Positions 47,878 to 58,444 of a stretch of 64,000 nucleotides of DNA are shown piece after piece. Under the pieces are notes generated by a model, which was not told the origin of the DNA, did no database searches, and saw only the letters and a program-made list of their open reading frames with translations. The stretch comes from Candidatus Hermodarchaeota archaeon (GTDB lineage: Archaea; Asgardarchaeota; Lokiarchaeia; Sigyniarchaeales; SOKP01), in assembly GCA_048885525.1 (NCBI GenBank), contig JBHLLP010000003.1, positions 32,001 through 96,000 of the forward strand, read 5' to 3'. The position numbers were made by a program, and so were the translations under genes. Within the stretch, counting starts at the first letter, position 1. The number at the start of each line of letters is the position of its first letter.

Positions 47878-48330
47878 TTTCCTTAATTTTTTTTGAATTA
47901 AATTTTCTAATTTTTAATTATCAAATAAAATAATTTTTATTAGATGTTAATTGTAAATGTTGTTGAGTTTATATTTTTTACTATATTTCAGCGTAATCAT
48001 CGAGTTTTAATAAGTATTACAATGAATAAATATCAATCCTTATATAGATAATTTTTAATTAAGATTTCTAATAATCTCACCGGATAATTAAATGGTTTTA
48101 TCCGATTAGAGTCTTATATTTTATCAATAAAATAAATAAAAGAAACTTAATTTTGTATTAGTTTAGTTTAAATTTGGACTTCAAGTGGAGTTCAATATTT
48201 CAAACTATATATTAATAAAGTTCATAATAATATTTTAAAAGAAAAAGTAAGCTTAACTAATTTAATTACATTTTTAACTTAATTTATATAAAAGAATTCT
48301 TCTATTGAGAGGTGATTTTTTATAAAACGG

Positions 48331-49287
48331 ATGCTAAAGGGGATTAATAAAACATTAAGTGCTTTAGGAATGGGATGTTTTGGTATTGGAGGTCCATTTA
48401 TGCGCTCCAATGGTTCTTATCTAGGATATGGAAAAGTAAATGATGAAGAATCAATAAAGACAATCCATAGGGCTATAGAACTTGGAATTACTATTTTTGA
48501 TACAGCAGATATATACGGAGTGGGCAGAAGTGAAAAAGTTCTTGGAGAAGCATTAAAGGAATATAGAGATGATGTTGTAATTGTTACAAAATTTGGTAGT
48601 GTTTTTGAGGAAGGAAATCCTCGTACTCTAGATAAGAAAGATACAAGTCCTAAATATATTCGCAATGCCCTTGAATCTAGTATGAGGCGACTTCAAACAG
48701 ATTTTATCGATGTCTATCAATTACATTCCAGTGGCCATGATATTAATGACGCAAGAAAAGTACAGATAATTTTAGAAGAATTAGTAGAAGAAGGATTAAT
48801 TGGTGGATATGGATGGAGTACAGATGATCCAAACCGAATGGAAGTATTCGCAAAAAGTGAAAAATGCAATTCAGTAGAATATACTATGAATATTACACTT
48901 ATAAATGATCAAATGATACAACTCTGCGAGAACAGCAATTTAATTGGATTGATAAGGAGTCCCTTAGCTTCTGGTATACTTACTGGGAAATATAATGAAC
49001 ACACTGAGATCCCAGCTGATCATATGTTAGCTGGAGTTGATTTTTCTCAAGATCAATATAAAAAAATAAATAGTAAGTTTCAAGAATTAAAAGAAATAAT
49101 AAGGCAGGATGGTAGAACACTAATTCAAGGACAACTTGGCTATCTTATGACTACCAGTGAAACTACAATCCCTATCCCTGGAGCAAAAACGGTTGAACAA
49201 ATTGAAGAGAATGCTAGAACTCTAGAATTTGGGCCTTTACCTACAGATATTGTAAAAGAAATTAAAACACTAATAGCAGATCTTTAA
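48331..49287 (+). CDS. Aldo/keto reductase
   Basis: GMG, FDTADIYG...SE, VTKFG, LQTD.ID.YQLH, SPLASG.L, PIPG. Confidence 0.93.
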   Translation: MLKGINKTLSALGMGCFGIGGPFMRSNGSYLGYGKVNDEESIKTIHRAIELGITIFDTADIYGVGRSEKVLGEALKEYRDDVVIVTKFGSVFEEGNPRTLDKKDTSPKYIRNALESSMRRLQTDFIDVYQLHSSGHDINDARKVQIILEELVEEGLIGGYGWSTDDPNRMEVFAKSEKCNSVEYTMNITLINDQMIQLCENSNLIGLIRSPLASGILTGKYNEHTEIPADHMLAGVDFSQDQYKKINSKFQELKEIIRQDGRTLIQGQLGYLMTTSETTIPIPGAKTVEQIEENARTLEFGPLPTDIVKEIKTLIADL

Positions 49288-49438
49288 TTATATTAATAAT
49301 ATTCGAAGAATTATCATAGCATATTAGAAATGTTTTTGAATTGATGGAAGTTAATTTTATTCAAATTTTTAGATAATATTGATTTGATTCAAATAAGAAA
49401 TATAAACGAGTTGAAATTTAACTAAATAACAATTAATA

Positions 49439-51319
49439 TTGGTCGATAAAAAAGGGATTAAAATGGGAAATGGATATACTGGAAATATTTTAAGAATAGA
49501 TCTAGGGAATGAAAGGACCTCAATAGAAAATCCCGACGATATTTTCTACCGTAGATATATTGGAGGTGAGGGCATTGTAGCCTACTATCTCTTAAAGGAA
49601 TTAAAAGCTGGTATTGATCCACTAGGCCCAGAAAATAAATTAATCTTTGCAGCGGGGCCTTTAACAGGTTTGACTATTCCAGGAACGGGTAGAAATAGTG
49701 TTGGAGCGAAATCACCTTTAACAGGAGGTTTTGGAGAAGCAGAAGTAGGAGGTTATTGGGGTGCAGAATTAAAGCATACCGGATATGACGCTATAATTAT
49801 TGAAGGAAAAGCAAAAAATCCTGTTTATCTCTGGATAAACAACGGAGAAATTGAAATTAAAGATGCTGGCCATCTCTGGGGCAAAATTACAGGTGACACA
49901 CAAAAAATTATACAGGATGAATTGAATAATAAAAATATTCGTATTGCACAAATTGGTCCTGGGGGTGAAAAGTTAGTAAGATATGCTTGTATTATTAATG
50001 AATTAAGAGATGCTGCCGGAAGAACAGGGATGGGATGTGTAATGGGATCAAAAAATCTTAAAGCTATTGCTGTTAAAGGGAACAAAAAACCTGAAGCAAA
50101 AGACAAGGAGAAGCTTCGAGAATTAATAAAAATGTATAATGAAGTTTATCAAGAAACTATTGCTGGTTATTTTGAATTTGGTACTGGAGGTGATTATATG
50201 GAAAGATCTGCTTCTTCAGGTAACCTTCCTTTTCGAAATTTCAGAGACGGAGGATTCACTAATGCTAAAGCATTAGACCCCATAAATATTAAAGAAACGT
50301 TTGGTATGGAGAAAGATGGTTGTTATGCTTGTTCTATTCGCTGTAAAAAGATCATTAAGATTGAAAATCCTTGGACTATAGATTCCATTTATGGAGGTCC
50401 TGAATATGAAACATTAGGAGCGTTAGGTTCAACCTGTGGTATCGATGATGTAGCAACGGTATGTAAAGGCAATGAACTTTGCAATAAATATTCACTAGAT
50501 ACAATTTCAACTGGGGTTTCAATTGGATTTGCAATGGAATGCTATGAAAATGGAATTTTATCAGATAAAGATACTGATGGGATTAAGCTTAACTTTGGAA
50601 ATTCGGAAGCAATGATTCAAATGATAGAAAAGATTGCCCATCGACAAGGATTAGGAGATATATTAGCAGAAGGTGTTAAAAAAGCTGCTGAAAAGATAAA
50701 AAATGGTTCAAATAAATATGCTATGCATGTTAAAGGTGTTGAGATTCCAATGCATGAACCTCGCCTCAAACAAGGATTAGGTATTGGGTATGCACTCTCA
50801 CCAACTGGTGCAGAACATATGACTAATCTCCATGATGATTCAATTTCTCATAGTAGAGTTATGGCACGCCACGGTCCTATAGGAATATTAGAACCTTTAG
50901 AAATGAATGATTTAAGTCCAAAGAAGGTAAGAGCAGTACTATATCATACAAATTGGCAATATCTATCTAATGCATTGCTCATGTGTTACTTCCTTTCTTG
51001 GTCATATCATCATCTCACTGAAGTAGTACAAGCAGTGACTGGATGGAATACTTCAATATGGGAATTAATGAAAGCAGGAGAGAGGATTTCTACAATGGCA
51101 AGGGTATATAATACCCGAGAAGGATTAACTGAGAATGATGATTGGTTACCAGAAAGATTTTTCGAACCACATACTTCAGGAGCTCTGTCTGAAGTCTCTA
51201 TTGATCCTGAAAAGTTGAAAAGCGCAATTAAGACATATTATAAAATGATGGGTTGGAATGAGAATGGGATACCTACTAAAGCAAAACTTGAAGAATTAGA
51301 AATTGATTGGATTATCTAA
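49439..51319 (+). CDS. aor: Aldehyde:ferredoxin oxidoreductase family tungstoenzyme (likely start ATG 49463)
   Basis: GY.G.ILR.DL, KSPLTG, AAGRTG.G.VMGSK.LKA, CYACSIRC, PEYET, DTIS, D.LP.RF. Confidence 0.93.
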   Translation: MVDKKGIKMGNGYTGNILRIDLGNERTSIENPDDIFYRRYIGGEGIVAYYLLKELKAGIDPLGPENKLIFAAGPLTGLTIPGTGRNSVGAKSPLTGGFGEAEVGGYWGAELKHTGYDAIIIEGKAKNPVYLWINNGEIEIKDAGHLWGKITGDTQKIIQDELNNKNIRIAQIGPGGEKLVRYACIINELRDAAGRTGMGCVMGSKNLKAIAVKGNKKPEAKDKEKLRELIKMYNEVYQETIAGYFEFGTGGDYMERSASSGNLPFRNFRDGGFTNAKALDPINIKETFGMEKDGCYACSIRCKKIIKIENPWTIDSIYGGPEYETLGALGSTCGIDDVATVCKGNELCNKYSLDTISTGVSIGFAMECYENGILSDKDTDGIKLNFGNSEAMIQMIEKIAHRQGLGDILAEGVKKAAEKIKNGSNKYAMHVKGVEIPMHEPRLKQGLGIGYALSPTGAEHMTNLHDDSISHSRVMARHGPIGILEPLEMNDLSPKKVRAVLYHTNWQYLSNALLMCYFLSWSYHHLTEVVQAVTGWNTSIWELMKAGERISTMARVYNTREGLTENDDWLPERFFEPHTSGALSEVSIDPEKLKSAIKTYYKMMGWNENGIPTKAKLEELEIDWII

Positions 51320-51378
51320 ACTTAATAAAAAGAGAGAGAAATATTCTTTATTATTACCTCCAAAAAATTTTTCTATTC

Positions 51379-51825
51379 TTAGAGTTTTAAATCCTTGAAT
51401 AATTTATCTTTATTTTTTCGTATTAAATCAAAGATTTCATTAATTTCTTCTTGGAAATTTACTTTTTCCCCGTCTAAATCATTAATTTCAACTATAACTT
51501 TGTTTTTTAAAAATTTCTCGAAAACTAGATCAATATCATAAATATTTACATGAGTCTCTTTAAAAAAATCTAAGAGATGATGTAAATAAAGAGCTTTAAT
51601 ATAACCTTTCTTATTTGAGTCCTTTTCATAAAAATATTTAAGTTGCTGGAAAATGATACCCTCATCGTTATCTTCTAATTTTATATCATCTTGATGATGA
51701 ATCGCCCATTCAAATCCATAATCAAGTGCTTTATTAATCAAATACGCAATATTATTTTTAATTCCGGCTTTTTTAGCCCATTTATTATGAATATACCAAT
51801 TTGGAATTTTTGAATCACTTCTCAA
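51379..51825 (-). CDS. Hypothetical protein with a putative metal-binding H...D...HH..D pattern
   Basis: PNW..H.KWA, ALD, LYLHHLLD. Confidence 0.6.
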   Translation of the reverse strand: MRSDSKIPNWYIHNKWAKKAGIKNNIAYLINKALDYGFEWAIHHQDDIKLEDNDEGIIFQQLKYFYEKDSNKKGYIKALYLHHLLDFFKETHVNIYDIDLVFEKFLKNKVIVEINDLDGEKVNFQEEINEIFDLIRKNKDKLFKDLKL

Positions 51826-51930
51826 ATACCTTCTTTATTTGAATGATGAAAAAAATAAAAAATTATAGATTATTAAATTAAATTAAGAATTTATAAAAGT
51901 AATATAATAAATTATGGTGTTCTCAATACA

Positions 51931-52752
51931 ATGGTAAAAAGTAAAACGAAGTTTCCAAGGGAAGGAGAATTTGTAGTTGCTAAAGTGACAGAGGTGCAAG
52001 ATCAATATGTTTACGTTGATTTAATTGATTTTGAGGGTTTAGACTCTGAAGAATGTGCTAGAGGAATGATACATATATCAGAAATAAGTTCTCGATGGAT
52101 CAAAAATATACGTAATTATGTTCGAATTGGTCAAAGAGTAGTTTTACGAGTATTAAGGGTAGATACAGATAAGGGACATGTAGATTTGTCATTAAGACGA
52201 GTAAATTCTGCTCAAAGAAAAAATCGAATAAAAGAATGGAAATATGCATTAAAATTTGAAAATTTACTACAATTTCTTACAGAAACAGAAAATATTGGTA
52301 TAACACTAGATAAGGCATATGAGACAATAGGATTTCCTATCCTTGATTATTTCGATTCATATCAAGAAGCTGTTGAAAGTCTTAAAGAAAGTGGAGATGA
52401 ACTTCTATCTGAATTACCTGGAATGACGGATGGAACAAAATCGTCTTTATTAAAGATAATTAATGAAAATGTAAGTATTTCAACAGTGAGCATATCTGGT
52501 AAGGTTAAACTATCAATTCCTTCAGAAAATGGGATAGAAGAGATTAAAGATTCATTATTAAAAGCAATAAATGTAATAGAGCCAAAGCAAACCAGAAATA
52601 TTAATATTGATTATATTGCAGCACCATATTATCGATTAGAAATTGTTTCAAAGGATTATTTAGATGCAGAAAATATTTTATCTGACGCTTTAGAAATTAT
52701 TGAACAAAATGCTGAAAAATATAATGGATCTTTTGAATTTATTAGAGACTAG
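51931..52752 (+). CDS. eif2a: Translation initiation factor 2 alpha subunit
   Basis: P.EGE.V, S1 domain IHISEIS.RWIKNIR, VLRVD..KG.VDLSLRRV, AP.YR. Confidence 0.96.
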   Translation: MVKSKTKFPREGEFVVAKVTEVQDQYVYVDLIDFEGLDSEECARGMIHISEISSRWIKNIRNYVRIGQRVVLRVLRVDTDKGHVDLSLRRVNSAQRKNRIKEWKYALKFENLLQFLTETENIGITLDKAYETIGFPILDYFDSYQEAVESLKESGDELLSELPGMTDGTKSSLLKIINENVSISTVSISGKVKLSIPSENGIEEIKDSLLKAINVIEPKQTRNINIDYIAAPYYRLEIVSKDYLDAENILSDALEIIEQNAEKYNGSFEFIRD

Positions 52753-52763
52753 AAATTCGAGAT

Positions 52764-52961
52764 TTGATATTAGATATGACAAAATACCTTCAAAAATGTA
52801 GTAATTGTAATAAATACGGATTACAAAATCCTGAATCAAAGTGCCGTTATTGCGGAGGTCAGCTAATTAATCCGAGACCTCCAAAATATTCTCCAATAGA
52901 TAAATATGGAAAATATCGACTAAAATATTTTAAAGAAAATTTCGATAAGAAGTTTAAATAA
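52764..52961 (+). CDS. nop10: H/ACA RNP protein Nop10
   Basis: C..C..Y......C..CG....PPKYSP.DKYGKYR; follows aIF2alpha. Confidence 0.93.
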   Translation: MILDMTKYLQKCSNCNKYGLQNPESKCRYCGGQLINPRPPKYSPIDKYGKYRLKYFKENFDKKFK

Positions 52962-52963
52962 AA

Positions 52964-53632
52964 TTAACTAATTTCTATTTCTTCAGCAAATTTTTCATAT
53001 ATAAGGATTTTTGCGTTTTTTTCGGGCAAATTTGCAATGTCGTCTTCTTCAAATGGTCCATAATTTATAAGATCAATACCAACTAATGGAGGCGCTCCTT
53101 TTAAAAATCTTACGAGAACAAATTTAATTTTTTCTTTATCAGATGTAATCTTTGAATCCCCAATAATTAATTCTACTTCATTTTTCGATTTTGATTCTTC
53201 TAAAACAGGGCTTTTGGGTTCTAATACAGATTCAATAAGATCTTCAAATTTGGATTCCCCTTCTTCTCCATAAAGTGAAATTGCTTTCACTTTGTTATAG
53301 CCTTTTATAGAGCTTATTAAGTTCTGATATAATAACTTTTCTGCTTCAATAACATTATTCAAATTTATTTCCCCCATTAATAAAGCAGAATTTATTATTT
53401 TTATTTCCCGAATCTTTAAAAAATCTTTAAATAGAAAGGTAATATTTTCCTTGTAAGTGTTTAGTATATGATTTTTTAGATCATCTCTATTTTCTAATTT
53501 ATATTCATTAATAAAATTCAAAATTCTTTTATAATATTTAAAAAGTTCTTCTTTTAATTCGGTTAAATCTGTTTGTTGGAACTCTTCAAGCCAATGCTGA
53601 TAAAGTTTCTCATAATCTTTCTGCAAATCCAT
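52964..53632 (-). CDS. GINS subunit (Gins51/GINS15 type)
   Basis: Helical A domain (W.EE....L..L...F, R..KI) and C-terminal B domain VRFL...P..VG.D...YGPF...DIA.LP..NA..L; follows priS. Confidence 0.9.
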   Translation of the reverse strand: MDLQKDYEKLYQHWLEEFQQTDLTELKEELFKYYKRILNFINEYKLENRDDLKNHILNTYKENITFLFKDFLKIREIKIINSALLMGEINLNNVIEAEKLLYQNLISSIKGYNKVKAISLYGEEGESKFEDLIESVLEPKSPVLEESKSKNEVELIIGDSKITSDKEKIKFVLVRFLKGAPPLVGIDLINYGPFEEDDIANLPEKNAKILIYEKFAEEIEIS

Positions 53633-53697
53633 AAATATCGAATTTTTAGTAGAAGGTTTATATTATAAACAGTGATTTTAAGTTTAAATTTTTTAAC

Positions 53698-54987
53698 TTA
53701 TTTAGTTTTTGCTACACTTCTGCATAGCAGAAAAACAGCAATATGATGCGGGACCTCAACTATTTCTCCTTGTTTGTAAGGTCCATATGAAACACCCTTA
53801 ATTTTTGTTAACGGCACTTCACGTTCGATTATTTCTATCTTTTGAGTAAAAGCCTTATCACTTTGAAATACTATTGGATCTAATTTATCAATTGATTCGT
53901 CTAAAGGATTAAACATATCAAGATCATCATAATATATTTCTTGAGCTTTAAATCCGGTTTTCCCGTGCAAAGAGCCAGGATATCGAATTAATCGATGTAT
54001 ATCAATAGTAACAGGAATATCTACTTTGATTCCTATTTCTGCAACCATAGCTGATAAGAATTTGTGCCAAGCATTTAAACTAAAACCTACTAGTGTCCAA
54101 TTATTATTAAAATCACCCTTGATAATATTGCGAAAATTTTCTTTAAAGTTTATAAAATTCTCGATAATGTTTTGGCTTAAATTGAAGGTTTTTTTATCTG
54201 ATAGTATAGTTTCTATTTCGATATTTGGTTTTATTAATAATTTTTCAATTTCTTTAATTAATTTTTGAGACCATCCTATTGTATCTTTAGATAGCCCAAA
54301 GATATTTCCTCCTTTTTCTTGTAAACCTAAAATTTCAAATGAAATATTCTCTCCAGTGATATAATCAATAATTTCCCTACGTTCATCACTAGATAAAGTT
54401 CTAATTTTTTCATCTTCGATTTTCAAATGATACCCTCGGTGTCCTGAAAACGCTATTTTCATTTTTTCACGGCTAATATTAAAATCTTGATCCAAAAACT
54501 CATCAATTAATCTAATTATTTCAATTTTAGCAGTATTCAAACAATTTTCACAAATCCAATTTAATTTTTTTAACTTTAATTTACCGCATTTAGGACATTT
54601 ATCTATCATACCTTTTCCATTTTCTCCACACTCCTTACAATACCAGATATCATGATCTTCTTTACATGGAGTGTAGAAGTGATCAACGTCGATATCAATA
54701 ATCAAATCACAGCCAAGATAATCTTTTCCTTGCATATCCTGATATTCGGGTTGTAGGTAGAGTGCGCCACTAACATAAGCGTGTTTTGGAGGATTACTTA
54801 TGAAATATTTTTTCAAATTCATCGGAGAGTTAAATCCAATATGCCTATTCATTATTTTTTTCTCCCAAGGAATAAACCCAAATTCTCTTTGTTCAAAAAG
54901 ATTAACTATTGGAATTTCAGATTGATTTTCTTTATAGTAAGCTTGAAAAAGTCTTTTCAAATATTTCTCGTTAGTCATTTTTTTCAT
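53698..54987 (-). CDS. priS: DNA primase small (catalytic) subunit
   Basis: REFGF, DLIIDID.DH, FSGHRGYH, D..VT.DIHRLIR.PGSLHGKTG. Confidence 0.96.
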   Translation of the reverse strand: MKKMTNEKYLKRLFQAYYKENQSEIPIVNLFEQREFGFIPWEKKIMNRHIGFNSPMNLKKYFISNPPKHAYVSGALYLQPEYQDMQGKDYLGCDLIIDIDVDHFYTPCKEDHDIWYCKECGENGKGMIDKCPKCGKLKLKKLNWICENCLNTAKIEIIRLIDEFLDQDFNISREKMKIAFSGHRGYHLKIEDEKIRTLSSDERREIIDYITGENISFEILGLQEKGGNIFGLSKDTIGWSQKLIKEIEKLLIKPNIEIETILSDKKTFNLSQNIIENFINFKENFRNIIKGDFNNNWTLVGFSLNAWHKFLSAMVAEIGIKVDIPVTIDIHRLIRYPGSLHGKTGFKAQEIYYDDLDMFNPLDESIDKLDPIVFQSDKAFTQKIEIIEREVPLTKIKGVSYGPYKQGEIVEVPHHIAVFLLCRSVAKTK

Positions 54988-56157
54988 TCATTTCTTTTCG
55001 GAATTTTGTTTTATTGAATGATTTTTGGTTTTAAGATTAATATAAAATAAGGGGTGAGATATTTGCCTTTGTTCTTGTAATTTTTTAGAAAAATAACCTT
55101 CTAAGCATAATTTATCTTTATATTTACTCGCCATGCATAGAGTATATGATTTTAAAGATTTGCATGAATATGGAGTATATCCTTTCTTAATTGCATATCT
55201 CACTTGATATGCAGTTTTTTCTCGATCAAAATCTGGTAAAGTTGAAAAAACATTGATAATTTCTTCTTCAGGATACTCGAGTGCATTTAAAATCCATAAT
55301 ATAAACAACCTTTCTGTATGTATTAAATTCTGGCCTTCTTGCGCTTTTGTAAGTATTTCCTTTATACAAGGGGGAAAAGATTCTGATATATCTTTCCCTT
55401 CCACATATTTGATATCTAATGAATATTCAAATTCTTCTTTCTTGAATTCCCATATTGCTGTTATAGAATCATGTAAATCCTTAAATTCTTGAACTTCAAA
55501 TAATTTTTGTTTAAATTTGTTTAAATTTGTAGAATCAACTACGTTTTGAATTAATAATTTCATCCTAACGTGTTCTTGTAATAATCTATTTATATTTTCA
55601 GGTTTGAGATATATATAACCATTCAATAAGGCATTATTCACTAATCTTCGATATTCATCCTTCAAATTAGATGTTAGTTTTAGGTAGTCTATGTAAGAAA
55701 TCTTAAAATTTGTTTTATACAATTCTTTCTGGTCTTTTACAACAATTTTTTTGTAAGTAATTTGGTTTTTTTCATAAATTACATCTAACTCTAAATCTCT
55801 ATAAATGTAGTATAAATTATACTCATTTTCTTTATTTAATTCACTGTAGGTGGTTTTGGAGTATATATTTGCTACGCGATTTGCAAGAATTTTATTATTC
55901 AAAATATAAAGTAAGATTCTTAGTATTAAATAAATAAAAATATTGGACTCATCAAAATCGTAATCAGTCACTTTTTCAACGTTATTGAAAGCATCATTGA
56001 ATAAATTTAAGATTTTGAGTTTAAGATTTTCATTTTTTTCAGATGTCATGATTTCATTAATAAAACTGAACGGATCTTCTGAAGCAATACCAGAATAGTA
56101 CTTTTTTAATGAAGGAAGCCATGGATACCGCTTTAATAAATCATAGATGTCACTCAT
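54988..56157 (-). CDS. priL: DNA primase large subunit
   Basis: YPWL, W/R-L-VN-like LVN..L..GY.YL, FPPCI, H.ER, PDFD...T.YQV, Y.C..L....LC...C...HPL (Fe-S domain). Confidence 0.92.
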   Translation of the reverse strand: MSDIYDLLKRYPWLPSLKKYYSGIASEDPFSFINEIMTSEKNENLKLKILNLFNDAFNNVEKVTDYDFDESNIFIYLILRILLYILNNKILANRVANIYSKTTYSELNKENEYNLYYIYRDLELDVIYEKNQITYKKIVVKDQKELYKTNFKISYIDYLKLTSNLKDEYRRLVNNALLNGYIYLKPENINRLLQEHVRMKLLIQNVVDSTNLNKFKQKLFEVQEFKDLHDSITAIWEFKKEEFEYSLDIKYVEGKDISESFPPCIKEILTKAQEGQNLIHTERLFILWILNALEYPEEEIINVFSTLPDFDREKTAYQVRYAIKKGYTPYSCKSLKSYTLCMASKYKDKLCLEGYFSKKLQEQRQISHPLFYINLKTKNHSIKQNSEKK

Positions 56158-56587
56158 TACCCAAAATTTCTCTAATATTAAATATAAATAATTAAAGTTT
56201 AAAAAACATGATGAGAATAAACTTTAATAGATTAAGAGTAAATTAATTTACTGATAATTTTAATAAATCTATTAATAAACTAATAAGTAATAAGTAAAGA
56301 GAAATTTTTTTAAACTACCACTAAATAATGAAAAAATTTTCTTTGAAATTTAATGTTAAATGCATTTTCTGACATTCAATCATATATTTTGAGAAATTTT
56401 TGGCTATGATGTTTTAAAGAACTTATATCTTGTTGAAAAATATTGACAATAGGAATTAATTAGTTTTTGAATGAATATAATTTCATATGATACATCTAAT
56501 TACTTCCTCTTCGATTGTTTTCTAATTTTTAACCGCAATTCGGATAAAAAATGTCCCTCCCTGCCTAGATAATTTTTTAAACTCAGG

Positions 56588-57190
56588 ATGAATACTATGA
56601 TTATGCGCAAGCCACCAATTACTGCATTCAAAAAAGATTTGTCACCAGAACAACGTGAAGAACTACTCAGAGCATTGAAAGCCCGTTTTGAGAAAAATAT
56701 GAACCGCCATAAAGGTCTTGAATGGGTTAAAGTACAAGTAAAACTGGAAGCTTTTACTGAAAAACTGTGGTCACTCAATGAAATGGAAAGAACTGGCGGT
56801 GAACCGGATGTTGTTGGTCATGATAAAAAGACGGGTGAATACATTTTTTATGATTGTTCAGCGGAAAGTCCTAAAGGCCGCAGAAATGTTTGTTACGACC
56901 GTGAAGGGCAGGAGGCGAGGGAAAAGAAAGGGGTGCATCCAGAAGGTAACGCTATTGATATGGCAGCTACCATGGGCATTGAACTTTTAACAGAAGAACA
57001 ATATCGAGAGTTGCAGAAACTTGGAAATTTCGATACGAAGACGTCGAGTTGGGTGAAAACACCTTCTAATATTAGAAAACTTGGTGGTGCCATCTTTTGT
57101 GATCGCCGCTACGACCATGTCTTCGTGTATCATAATAGTGCACCCTCTTTCTATGGCGTTAGGGGGTTCCGTGGCTCGCTAAGGGTCTAA
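56588..57190 (+). CDS. DUF4256-family protein, bacterial-like
   Basis: LKARFEKNM.RH...W, EMERTGGEPDV, DCSAESP.GRR..CYD, LL.E.QYR.LQ, D.KTSSW, GGA.F.DRRY..VF.YHN, RGFRG; GC is visibly higher than the flanks. Confidence 0.85.
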   Translation: MNTMIMRKPPITAFKKDLSPEQREELLRALKARFEKNMNRHKGLEWVKVQVKLEAFTEKLWSLNEMERTGGEPDVVGHDKKTGEYIFYDCSAESPKGRRNVCYDREGQEAREKKGVHPEGNAIDMAATMGIELLTEEQYRELQKLGNFDTKTSSWVKTPSNIRKLGGAIFCDRRYDHVFVYHNSAPSFYGVRGFRGSLRV

Positions 57191-57461
57191 ATTTGTACTT
57201 TGAATTTTAAAATTTCTATGATTTTTGCTTTTGTTTTTTACGAGATGCATTTTGTGTTTGCACCCATTGTCCTTAAATTATTGATTGGGAAAAAAAAGTT
57301 CTATTTAATTTTCATTTAACTCGATTTGGTTTAATTTTAATCGATTCAGAAGAGAAACATGGAAAAATCGATAGAATTAAAATCTATTTCCCAAAAGTGT
57401 TAAAAGGAAAGACCAAATTGTTAGAATCTGATATTTTTTTTATGATTCCATCGTAGTTAAA

Positions 57462-58265
57462 TTAAAATTCGTCCATATCTTCATCTTCATCAAATTCTGC
57501 TTCTTCAACTCTAGGTGCTAAGAAGTAGCTCAATTCGCCACCTTCAAGAAGATTAAATATCATTTTTAAGGGGTGATCCGTTTTTAGAGATATTTCTAAC
57601 TTTTCCGTGATAGAAGCAATTTTTAATATGGCTTTTAAAAAAGTTAATGAATATGCTCCACTACTGGTTCCATTAATATCCGTCTCTATTAAGTCATCTT
57701 CGCTTAGATTATATTCCATTTCACCAATTTGTCCCGTTGAACTAAATATCAACCCCTGACCTTCTGTTGAGGTCATGTTAAGGATTTCTGAATATATTTC
57801 AGCATCTTTTATTGCTTCAACTAAAAACTCTGGTTCAATTACCCATTTTGAAGGATATTCGATTTTTAATAAGTTATCCATAGGAATTTCTTCAATGTCG
57901 ATATCTAATAACGCTAGGCTAAATGTTCTAGTACGTGTCATACCCTCGCGTTGCATTTTAATTTTTATTTTCTGATCAGCTTCATTAAAATCAATTTCAA
58001 CGGAGTCATTCGCGGCAGATCTCTTCAAAATTTTATCTAAATCATCTAAATTTAATCCAACTTTTGACTCCTTCGCACATTGATATTCATCAAAATTATC
58101 CTTTTTAATAGACAATTTTAATAAACAAATTCTACTAGGATCCATCGCTGAAATTGTAAACTCTTTAGGAGTAACTCGGAATTCCGTTTCATCAATAATA
58201 CTTGCTAGAGTTTCAACAATTCCTTTCAATATCCGACTATTTTCTAATTTTAGTTTAAAACTCAT
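57462..58265 (-). CDS. pcn: DNA polymerase sliding clamp PCNA
   Basis: AMDPSRICL, F.EY, Y.L..L, PL, YFLAPRVEE, acidic tail. Confidence 0.96.
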   Translation of the reverse strand: MSFKLKLENSRILKGIVETLASIIDETEFRVTPKEFTISAMDPSRICLLKLSIKKDNFDEYQCAKESKVGLNLDDLDKILKRSAANDSVEIDFNEADQKIKIKMQREGMTRTRTFSLALLDIDIEEIPMDNLLKIEYPSKWVIEPEFLVEAIKDAEIYSEILNMTSTEGQGLIFSSTGQIGEMEYNLSEDDLIETDINGTSSGAYSLTFLKAILKIASITEKLEISLKTDHPLKMIFNLLEGGELSYFLAPRVEEAEFDEDEDMDEF

Positions 58266-58444
58266 ATTCTTTCAGCAAAATTATTCAATTATAAATAAGA
58301 TAATATTATGTAATTCACATTATTAATAATGATTGATATTAGTCTTTTAATAATATCAACTTTAGGTATTAAATTAATTATTTATACTTATCCTAAATTT
58401 TTCAATTTGAACTAAATAAAAAAATGATTCATATTTAAAAAAAA

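Noticed and set aside
47878-48330. Longest intergenic gaps (also 46400-46569, 56158-56500, 57191-57461) checked for tRNA, ncRNA or CRISPR
   Set aside because: No GC-rich stems, cloverleaf or regularly spaced repeats seen; consistent with promoter and terminator DNA.
56255-56300. Repeated TAATAA words upstream of priL as a possible array or replication origin
   Set aside because: Short, irregular and expected in very AT-rich DNA; no ORB-like G-string and no cdc6/orc1 nearby.
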